Of a stretch of DNA of 13,370 nt, positions 1 through 6,630 are shown piece by piece (positions within the stretch are counted from its first letter, which is position 1; each line of letters starts with the position of its first letter). The position numbers and the translations under genes are program-made. The stretch lies in NCBI GenBank assembly GCA_024276825.1, contig JAJRWI010000008.1:1-13370 (forward strand), in the 5' to 3' direction. The notes under the pieces are model-generated. The model was not told where the DNA came from and did no database searches. It saw only the letters and a program-made list of their open reading frames with translations. This stretch comes from an archaeon. GTDB lineage: Archaea > Asgardarchaeota > Thorarchaeia > Thorarchaeales > Thorarchaeaceae.

Positions 1-459
1 GGAAGAGCAGCAAGCGGGGCAATTGGATTCGCGTGGATGCTGATAAACTATTTTACCATCCCAGTAATGGTTGCCGAGAACAAGGGTGCGACTGAGGGCA
101 TCAAGAGAAGTACTAATCTTGTAAGAAAAAATTTTGTTGATGTCATAGTCAAAGAAACTGGCGTGAGATGGGCATTTGCGGTCTTGGCCTTCATGTTCTT
201 TCTAGGCTTTGGAATCGGAGGTGCAATCATAGGCTGGATACTCACCAGCAGTCTGACGATATCAATTCTAGTAGCTGTGCTCTTCCTCATTGTTGCAGGA
301 ATACCAAGCACACTTGTTCTTCGTACATTTGACATTGTCTATGTCACCCTGCTATATGTCTTCATTAGAAAGAAAGAGGGAGAGATTAAGACAAAGACCA
401 AGATTCCATCCGATCTAGAGAAGACCCTAAACTCAGCCTACACAAAGGCAAAGAAGTGA
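1..459 (+). CDS. Integral membrane protein, DUF6159-like (5'-truncated)
   Basis: Frame is open from base 1 (GRAASGAIGFAWMLINYFTIPVMVAENKGATEGIKRS...), so ATG 37 is probably internal. The 'W...F.IPV.V.E..G....IKRS' segment followed by hydrophobic helices resembles DUF6159 / glycerophosphodiesterase membrane-domain-like proteins. Stop TGA 457-459. Confidence 0.65.
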   Translation, partial: GRAASGAIGFAWMLINYFTIPVMVAENKGATEGIKRSTNLVRKNFVDVIVKETGVRWAFAVLAFMFFLGFGIGGAIIGWILTSSLTISILVAVLFLIVAGIPSTLVLRTFDIVYVTLLYVFIRKKEGEIKTKTKIPSDLEKTLNSAYTKAKK

Positions 460-468
460 AGTGATTAC

Positions 469-499
469 GAGGAGGAGCTTCAGCTCCCCTTCATTTTTT
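469..499 (+). terminator. Hairpin plus oligo-T terminator
   Basis: GGAGC-TTCA-GCTCC (474-487), extendable by GAGG/CCTT with one bulge, followed by TTTTTT (494-499), 10 nt after the stop codon. Confidence 0.65.
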
Positions 500-549
500 G
501 GGCATTATTGCATTAATCTACAAAACAGGATTTAATTGGAGAGATTAAT

Positions 550-906
550 TTGACTCGTAAGAGGAAAAAGTCCAAAATCAAGCCAATTGCTATTCTTCTA
601 ATTCTAATTGGAGTATCAGTGGCAATCATCGCATGGCGTGATGGGATACTCAGCACGACTTCAATTGAGAACATAAACAATGGCGAGATTCCAAATGGCA
701 CAACAGTGACAGTTCGAGCAAAGATGAGTGGTATAATTCTCAATATGGTTTCTGTCGTAGGAATCGATGGAACAGGTGGTCTCATGTTCATATGGGAAGG
801 AGCAAAGCCTGCAACGAATTCAATTGTTGTGATAAGGGGTAATATTTCAAGTCCATTCACATTGAACAATGTTATGCGGTTTGAAGAAGTCTGGTTATTC
901 AAATGA
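550..906 (+). CDS. Membrane-anchored hypothetical protein, probable extracytoplasmic OB-fold
   Basis: TTG start with GGAG at 538-541. Basic N-terminus (RKRKKSK), one hydrophobic helix, then a beta-rich domain with OB-fold-like patterns (GTTVTVRAK, DGTG.L, IVVIRG). Confidence 0.65.
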   Translation: MTRKRKKSKIKPIAILLILIGVSVAIIAWRDGILSTTSIENINNGEIPNGTTVTVRAKMSGIILNMVSVVGIDGTGGLMFIWEGAKPATNSIVVIRGNISSPFTLNNVMRFEEVWLFK

Positions 907-1833
907 CACATTGAGTTCCATCGAGAGTACCGCAGCGGTTTGAAGAATGCCTCGCACAACATCTCTCATATCAGGATCCACAGCTACAGTCCCATAGGTT
1001 TCAATGCCCAAAAAGCGAGAAACTATTACAGGAGCAAGAGCATCTTCTAAGTCTTGAAAATTAGCAATAGCAATGACTACGGGAGGTAAGAGGCTCCTAT
1101 ATTGGCCCATTAACTTTCTGGCCTCAATGACACCCTTCTTTGTACTATTAAGAACAAGAGCAGCAGCATCAGCTCTTGTAAGATATGTCTTCCAGACCCG
1201 ACGATATTTCTTCAGACCAGGCAAGTCATAAAGGACAAGGAGTCGGTTTGCAATTTGATACCACTCGTTCTCACTTCTATCAACATCCTCGATAAGCTTT
1301 TGATAAGCAGCATAGGCAGGGGTTTGATCCACACTTGAAGTGGGAATGTATTCAGTGACTATGGGACCATCTCTGACTAACTCAAAAAGTGAGGTCTTTC
1401 CAGTAGAAGGCAGGCCGAACAGGGCAATTCTCATGTACTGATATACAATCTCATTTACAATTGAAACCAGATCATTGAATTGGGCCCTTGTGAATTTCTT
1501 AATATTGCGAACCGAGTCAAGCTTGCTCAACTCTTTGATTATGTTTGTTGCTCGAATTCTGAGACTTGAACTGTCCTCCAGCTCGTCACCTATAATTACT
1601 ACTGCGTTCTTGCCATCTAATGCCACACCAAACTTTCGTATTCGGCCATCAGAACACTCCATTACAATTACTTGCATGTTTTTTAGAGGCGGCTCGATGT
1701 CAGGTTGCGCTTTCAATTTCTTGACATGTCTAACCACTAGCTTCAGATCTTTTTTATTGACTGGGAAGGGGTAGTATCGCAGCCTCAGTCGTTCAACCGA
1801 TGGTGGCGAGAGGAGCGCAACCTCCAATATCAA
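895..1833 (-). CDS. Ras/Arf-like small GTPase with ~130-aa N-terminal (longin-like?) domain
   Basis: G1 GLPSTGKTS, G2 YIPT, G3 DLPG followed by an Arf-like 'YR..W..Y' switch II, G4 NFQD, G5-region TVAVD. TTG start with GGAGG 8 nt upstream (1846-1842). The longin fold is inferred from size and hydrophobic pattern only. Confidence 0.85.
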   Translation of the reverse strand: MILEVALLSPPSVERLRLRYYPFPVNKKDLKLVVRHVKKLKAQPDIEPPLKNMQVIVMECSDGRIRKFGVALDGKNAVVIIGDELEDSSSLRIRATNIIKELSKLDSVRNIKKFTRAQFNDLVSIVNEIVYQYMRIALFGLPSTGKTSLFELVRDGPIVTEYIPTSSVDQTPAYAAYQKLIEDVDRSENEWYQIANRLLVLYDLPGLKKYRRVWKTYLTRADAAALVLNSTKKGVIEARKLMGQYRSLLPPVVIAIANFQDLEDALAPVIVSRFLGIETYGTVAVDPDMRDVVRGILQTAAVLSMELNVSFE

Positions 1834-1937
1834 TCATTTATCCTCCAAATAAATCGAACATCTCTAGAACAATACTGTTTCTTGTATTATTAAGGCATAA
1901 TATTATTACTTGTTTGTGTGGAATAACGCCAAAGTGA

Positions 1938-3077
1938 ATGATGATGCATATTGAAGAAATACTCACTCCTGCAGCCCTGATCGATCTAGGCAGATTGAAG
2001 AAGAACATCAAAAGAATGACAGAATTTGCACTGAGGAATCAAGTTTCTCTTAGGCCCCATATCAAGGCCCATAAGTGCATTGAGATTGCTAGACTTCAAA
2101 AAGAGGTTGGAATAGATGGCATAACAGTTTCAACATTGGGAGAAGCCCAGACCTTCTTAAAAGCTGGATTCACAGACATCACGTATGCTGTTCCATTGGC
2201 ACCTGCAAAGATTCCACGAGTTCTCGATCTTGCCAAAGGAGCAGACTTGAAGGTACTGGTTGATAACAAGCAGGTGGTCGGCCCTCTGGCAGAGGCAGCA
2301 AAAGAAAATGATGTTGAGATCAAGGTTATGTTGAAGGTTGATGTGGGATATCATAGATGCGGAGTTATCCCGAAAGAGCGCAATGCAATTGATGTGGCCA
2401 AACTTATTCATGATAGTTCACATCTACAGTTCATCGGGATTCTCACGCATGGTGGACATTCATATGACTGCCAAACAAGAGAGGATGTTGTTAAAATAGC
2501 TATTCAAGAGCAGCGGTCAATGCTTGATTTTGCCAAAGTCTTGGAAAGAGCAAATTCAAATCTTAGACCTGAAGTAATTAGTGTAGGCTCAACTCCAACA
2601 ATGTCGGTTATTGATACTTTGGAGGAGGGAATCACAGAGATTCGACCGGGAAATTATGTCTTTTTTGATTACACACAGGTACTACTCGGGTCTTGCAACA
2701 TGACTGACTGTGCATTGACCATTATTGCTTCAGTGATTGGCACATATCCAGATAGAATAGTAATTGACGCAGGCGCAACAATGTTGTCATTAGATCCTGG
2801 CCCCATACATATCGAGCCTGATTGTGGTTTTGGTAAGATCATTAAGGACTATGAAGGCGGGACATTAGAAGAAAGTGCCATAATAGCTAGTCTATCTCAA
2901 GAACACGGAAAAGTGCAATTGGTAGAAGACTCAGATCTTCATAGTAAGAGAATCGGTGATTTTGTCAGAGTCATTCCCAATCATTCATGTCTAGCGGCAA
3001 ACCTGTCAGAGAGGTATTATGTTGTTGAAGAAGATAATGTAATTGACGAGTGGATTGTTCATAGCCGCAGGGAATGA
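1938..3077 (+). CDS. Fold-type III PLP enzyme, DSD1 D-serine dehydratase / D-threonine aldolase family
   Basis: TPAALID, RPHIKAHK (PLP lysine), HRCG, HGGHSY, GSTPT, EIRPGNYVFFD, DAG, SQEHG and the metal-binding PNHSC. Three tandem ATGs (1938/1941/1944), so the exact start is uncertain. Confidence 0.9.
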   Translation: MMMHIEEILTPAALIDLGRLKKNIKRMTEFALRNQVSLRPHIKAHKCIEIARLQKEVGIDGITVSTLGEAQTFLKAGFTDITYAVPLAPAKIPRVLDLAKGADLKVLVDNKQVVGPLAEAAKENDVEIKVMLKVDVGYHRCGVIPKERNAIDVAKLIHDSSHLQFIGILTHGGHSYDCQTREDVVKIAIQEQRSMLDFAKVLERANSNLRPEVISVGSTPTMSVIDTLEEGITEIRPGNYVFFDYTQVLLGSCNMTDCALTIIASVIGTYPDRIVIDAGATMLSLDPGPIHIEPDCGFGKIIKDYEGGTLEESAIIASLSQEHGKVQLVEDSDLHSKRIGDFVRVIPNHSCLAANLSERYYVVEEDNVIDEWIVHSRRE

Positions 3078-3125
3078 TATCAAGGAATACTCTTAAGAGG
3101 AGTAGGTTGTAAAGGGGGTTCAAAG

Positions 3126-3962
3126 ATGACATTCATTCTATTCACAAACCTCTATAACGCAGAGGATGAGGTTTCGCGTCTATTCGAACTTGTTGAAACA
3201 TTCACTCTGCAACCAAAAAAATGGGTAATAATTAATGATGGCTCAAACGATAACACAGAGCAAGTCATTAAGGAGCACATTCAACAGTCAGGCAGAACGA
3301 ATGTTGTAATATTCAATCTTCCGCCCAAGGAGAAGGGGAATCTCAAGACAATTGGACATGCATATAATCAGGCATTTGAGCAGCTGCAGCTTAAGCAGGA
3401 GAATTATGAGTTCATGTCAATCATTGATCCTGATAATAGGATACACCCTCAATACTATGAGAAGGTTAAAGATATCTTTGATAGCGACCCCACTATTGGT
3501 GTTATCTCGGGATATAACCCAGATGCACCCAAACTGAAAATGCCTCAAGGAAATGGAAAATGTGTCAGATGGAGTATTATTCAAAACATGACCGGCGAAT
3601 TCTGGGATCCTGCACCGGACACCTTTTTGAATATTAAGGCCTGGGCTCAGGGATATAAGTGGATGATTCTGGAGAATGAGTATGGAGTCGTCACAGGACC
3701 TATTGCTGCTCGAAACCTAACTCCTGCGGGCGCACGACATGCTGGCTGGATGTGGTATTATGCAAGTGGTTCGTGGTCTGGTGCACTGGCCAGGGTGATA
3801 TATAGGGCATTAAAACGAAGGCAAGCTCTTGCATATTTCAAGGGGTTTCTTGATAATGCGTTGCATGATAAAATGCGATGCACGGATCCAGATGTCATCA
3901 GGTTTTATAAAAACGGGGCAAAACAACGAAGTGATATAATTATAACTGATGAAAGCATATAG
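3126..3962 (+). CDS. Glycosyltransferase family 2 (GT-A fold)
   Basis: N-terminal YNAE, IINDGSNDNT and DxD motif IIDPD. TATA-like CTTAAG about 30 nt upstream suggests a near-leaderless transcript. Confidence 0.85.
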   Translation: MTFILFTNLYNAEDEVSRLFELVETFTLQPKKWVIINDGSNDNTEQVIKEHIQQSGRTNVVIFNLPPKEKGNLKTIGHAYNQAFEQLQLKQENYEFMSIIDPDNRIHPQYYEKVKDIFDSDPTIGVISGYNPDAPKLKMPQGNGKCVRWSIIQNMTGEFWDPAPDTFLNIKAWAQGYKWMILENEYGVVTGPIAARNLTPAGARHAGWMWYYASGSWSGALARVIYRALKRRQALAYFKGFLDNALHDKMRCTDPDVIRFYKNGAKQRSDIIITDESI

Positions 3963-4056
3963 AGCAGGGAAATATATTTAGTATAGAATGATTTAAGAAC
4001 GGAGAATGACACACAATTGTATAACAGTGTACAAAAAAAAGTAGGAAGTATAAATT

Positions 4057-4473
4057 ATGGTCATAGACAGAGAGGGTGCAACATCCGCAATCATCTTGCG
4101 TATCAAAGGAGGAGAGCCTGTAGAGTTTCCAGCAGAGTTCATCAAGGACATGGGAGAGAGTGCAGCTCTAACCGTGATGCATCATAAGGACAGAGTTGTG
4201 AAGATCTTTCCTGTAAGTAGTGAGGACATATACCTTCTAAGGATTGAGATAAGCGACCTCTCAAGGAACTTTCTTAAGCAGCTGAACTTTGCATTCAATG
4301 AGGCTCGATTGAGTGATATTATCTTCACAACAGGTGTCTGCCTTCGCGGTGAAAAGTGCTACTACGAGTGCTATTTTGTGCCAGACCAACTAGAAAAGTC
4401 ATTAGACGAATTGAAAAACAGTCTTGAAAAGATTCATGGAGTGTCAAAAGTAGTCCTTCGCAGGGTAGAGTGA
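4057..4473 (+). CDS. Hypothetical protein, probable AbrB-like N-terminus plus C-terminal ACT-like domain
   Basis: C-terminal half has an ACT/ferredoxin-like pattern (LLRIEISD...LKQL...IIFTTG...LKNSLEKIHGVSKVVL). N-terminal 'VEFPAEFIKDMG...VKIFPV' resembles a degenerate swapped-hairpin domain. Confidence 0.6.
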   Translation: MVIDREGATSAIILRIKGGEPVEFPAEFIKDMGESAALTVMHHKDRVVKIFPVSSEDIYLLRIEISDLSRNFLKQLNFAFNEARLSDIIFTTGVCLRGEKCYYECYFVPDQLEKSLDELKNSLEKIHGVSKVVLRRVE

Positions 4474-4604
4474 CCCAATCCAATGCACCCTGCTCGATCG
4501 GCCACTGTCTTGAATTGCTAAGACGAATATGATTAGAAGAGACTGTTAATGTTATGTATTATTAGAAATAGGTAGGCCAACCAAGAGTGCGGGAGATTCT
4601 CAGG

Positions 4605-4626
4605 TCAGACAAACTTAATTGTCTGA
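4605..4626. promoter_or_regulatory. Perfect inverted repeat (putative operator) around a TATA-like element
   Basis: TCAGACAA-ACTTAA-TTGTCTGA: 8-bp perfect arms with a 6-bp spacer, about 40 nt upstream of ATG 4668. Confidence 0.55.
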
Positions 4627-4667
4627 AAGCAAAACGCAAAGCATGCTGGTCGGTACTGGTGTTTATA

Positions 4668-5399
4668 ATGAGTGGCAAAAATAACTCGCGCATAAAATTC
4701 ATTGATAGGGACTCGCGGCGTATAGAGATAAATGATTCAAACCTCTCAATGCTCTACCCATTAAACCCAATCCCAAGCGAACTTTATAATGCTCTACTCA
4801 ACTTGATTGAAGGAACAAATGAAGAAAGGCTAATTGATTACATGAGAGAAGAAATCACACATCAACCAGTCTTTATCACTTACGATTTCTCAATGCCGTT
4901 TCCTGTCAATTCCGCGAACAAGAGAGTATGGCTAACACTAACTGATGATGAGATTATGGCGAGAATTGATGATCTAGAGGGATTGGTGCTCGAGGCAAAG
5001 ACTCCACCTCATGCAAGAGATAATGAGATTCGAGCTGACCTCTATCGCAAGTTATTCATTGATGAGTCGAAGATTGACCTGTTTAGACTTGGCGCTATCG
5101 AGCTATATGGCAGTACAACATATCATAACATTCTGCGAAATCCACGAGTCACATTGCACTTTCGATGGTTCAAGAGAAATGAGCCGCGTAATGTTGGGAT
5201 GCAGATTAATTGTCTGGCAGAGATAGTCCAGCCAGGTGATCCGTTTTATCGATATATTCGTTTATTGGTATATTTATATGGTTGGAAATTCCTTGATTTA
5301 CCCGGGTCTGTGTATCCTTGTGCTTATAAATTATGGATCTCTGAAGTGAAGATAAAATCCTTGAATCATACTAGGGGATTTTATTCGACATCAGAGTAA
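4668..5399 (+). CDS. Pyridoxamine 5'-phosphate oxidase-like (split-barrel, FMN-binding fold) protein
   Basis: 'KIDLFRLGAIELYGSTTYHNILRNPRVTLHF...QINCLAEIV..GDPFY' matches the pattern of archaeal PNPOx-like proteins. Start moved from GTG 4587 to ATG 4668 because the extension overlaps promoter-like sequence. Confidence 0.65.
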   Translation: MSGKNNSRIKFIDRDSRRIEINDSNLSMLYPLNPIPSELYNALLNLIEGTNEERLIDYMREEITHQPVFITYDFSMPFPVNSANKRVWLTLTDDEIMARIDDLEGLVLEAKTPPHARDNEIRADLYRKLFIDESKIDLFRLGAIELYGSTTYHNILRNPRVTLHFRWFKRNEPRNVGMQINCLAEIVQPGDPFYRYIRLLVYLYGWKFLDLPGSVYPCAYKLWISEVKIKSLNHTRGFYSTSE

Positions 5400-5432
5400 G
5401 CAGAGTCAAAATCTTATGATTACAGAGGATCT

Positions 5433-5449
5433 CCAAAGGAAAAAAGAGG
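5433..5449 (-). terminator. Archaeal-type T-rich terminator of the RIO kinase gene
   Basis: Minus strand reads CCTCTTTTTTCCTTTGG about 30 nt after the stop codon. Confidence 0.4.
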
Positions 5450-5475
5450 TGGCGTGTGAATCAAAAGCTCGCATA

Positions 5476-6264
5476 TTACACCACCTCATCGAAGTGTTTC
5501 ATATTTCGGGGGATATATTCATTCAGGAATACTTGGACGATCTCCTCAATGTTTCGTGAGAGCCCATAGCGTTTGAAATATCGCAATACATTGAAGATGT
5601 CCATTCGAAGTATTTTCACAGCTTTGTTCATGTCAGTCCATGGTCCCACCTCGTAGGCTTGAGGGAGATCAATTATCCAAGGGTGCTCATTCCACCAGAG
5701 TATGTTAAAGGCACTGAGATCGCCATGCACGTAATGCGCTTTTGAATACATGAGTAGATACATGTCCAAGGTCTCATCCAGCACTCTCTCAGGGTCCTCC
5801 AATCGAACATCCTTTAGCTGTGGAGCAGGTTCGATACCATCACCAATGAATCGCATTGTTAGATAGTAGCCAACACGACTGATTGGCGTTGGAACTCGCA
5901 TACCTGCATTGAAGCAAGCTGTTAGCATATCGTACTCCTTTGCAGCAAGAACCTCAGCCTGTGCAGGAGCGAAGAACCCACGTTTCTTGCGAGCATGAGA
6001 ACTATGCCAGAGCCTATACGCTTTGAGGATGATCGGGTGGCCCTTCCAGAGAGCAAGGTAGATCGATGCCTCCTTGCCCGCCTTTATCTGAGATATTACA
6101 TCTGTGGCCAGACCCAGTGTTATTGCATCATTCTTCACCTCCCTAAATGTGATCTCATTTATCTCAACTGATTTTCCTCGTCGGCCCTCCCGCTCAGTAC
6201 TACGCTTCTGCGTGATGGCCCTTGCTTTATGTGGATTGAACTTTTCCACAATTCGAGTCATCAT
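5476..6264 (-). CDS. RIO-family atypical Ser/Thr kinase/ATPase (RIO1-like or RIO-B type)
   Basis: P-loop GKEASIY, catalytic Lys (ILKAYR), helix C Glu (KEY), VPTP, catalytic loop HGDLSAFNIL, metal loop IIDLPQA. No Rio2-type N-terminal wHTH. SD GGTGAG at 6270-6265; start is ATG 6264 or 6261. Confidence 0.92.
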   Translation of the reverse strand: MMTRIVEKFNPHKARAITQKRSTEREGRRGKSVEINEITFREVKNDAITLGLATDVISQIKAGKEASIYLALWKGHPIILKAYRLWHSSHARKKRGFFAPAQAEVLAAKEYDMLTACFNAGMRVPTPISRVGYYLTMRFIGDGIEPAPQLKDVRLEDPERVLDETLDMYLLMYSKAHYVHGDLSAFNILWWNEHPWIIDLPQAYEVGPWTDMNKAVKILRMDIFNVLRYFKRYGLSRNIEEIVQVFLNEYIPRNMKHFDEVV

Positions 6265-6546
6265 CTCACCATGGCAAGAGATGACTCAGATCCAATTGAT
6301 TATCTTGGTTCAACTTTCTTTTCACTCTCATCTGAGTCAGCGTACGCATCTTGTTCAAGGCACAGGGGATTTGGACATGAAAGAGTGAAAACACAGAACC
6401 CAACATTGAGGGGTGCTTAGCACACGATGCGTACAGAAATGTGCAAACGCCAGATGACCAGAAGAAGTCAGAAACCTACCTCAACGTGGGTGCCTGTGTC
6501 CACTGCTAGCAATACCGTTCTAACCGACATAGAAGGCAACACCTCC
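6255..6546 (-). promoter_or_regulatory. Structured 5' leader of the RIO kinase gene; putative translational attenuator
   Basis: Five interleaved complementary pairs: 6479-6499/6391-6411, 6377-6391/6319-6331, 6274-6287/6255-6269, 6413-6434/6342-6363 and 6330-6339/6282-6291. They form two mutually exclusive sets. Four mismatches become G-U pairs only on the minus strand. Confidence 0.7.
6468..6530 (-). CDS. Putative leader peptide (uORF), 20 aa, MSVRTVLLAVDTGTHVEVGF
   Basis: ATG 6530-6528 and TGA 6470-6468, preceded by a strong SD GGAGGTG (6546-6540) and a TATA-like box. Too short for the ORF track. Confidence 0.6.
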   Translation of the reverse strand: MSVRTVLLAVDTGTHVEVGF

Positions 6547-6580
6547 GTTGATGGTTGATTGATGCGTCGGAGAAATATGT

Positions 6581-6596
6581 CCTTTTAAGTCTTGGT
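6581..6596 (-). promoter_or_regulatory. Putative BRE/TATA promoter for the uORF-RIO transcript
   Basis: Minus strand reads ACCAAGACTTAAAAGG. This predicts a start near 6560, just upstream of the uORF SD. Confidence 0.5.
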
Positions 6597-6630
6597 GTCA
6601 ATTTGAGCCCCAGAAATGAAGAATAGGGAA

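Noticed and set aside
1793-1837. Out-of-frame mini-ORF (MIDIGGCAPLATIG) starting at ATG 1837 next to the GTPase SD
   Set aside because: SD spacing fits TTG 1833 better and there is no supporting structure. Probably chance.
4587-4667. N-terminal extension from GTG 4587
   Set aside because: Overlaps the palindrome/TATA-like element. ATG 4668 is more plausible.
6104-6420. Plus-strand ORFs 6104-6388 and 6229-6420
   Set aside because: Antisense to the RIO gene and its leader, with no recognisable motifs. The region is better explained by minus-strand RNA structure.
6255-6500. Leader inverted repeats as a MITE/IS remnant, tRNA or known riboswitch
   Set aside because: The repeats are interleaved rather than terminal. 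I saw no target-site duplication, cloverleaf or aptamer consensus. An Rfam search would still be worthwhile.
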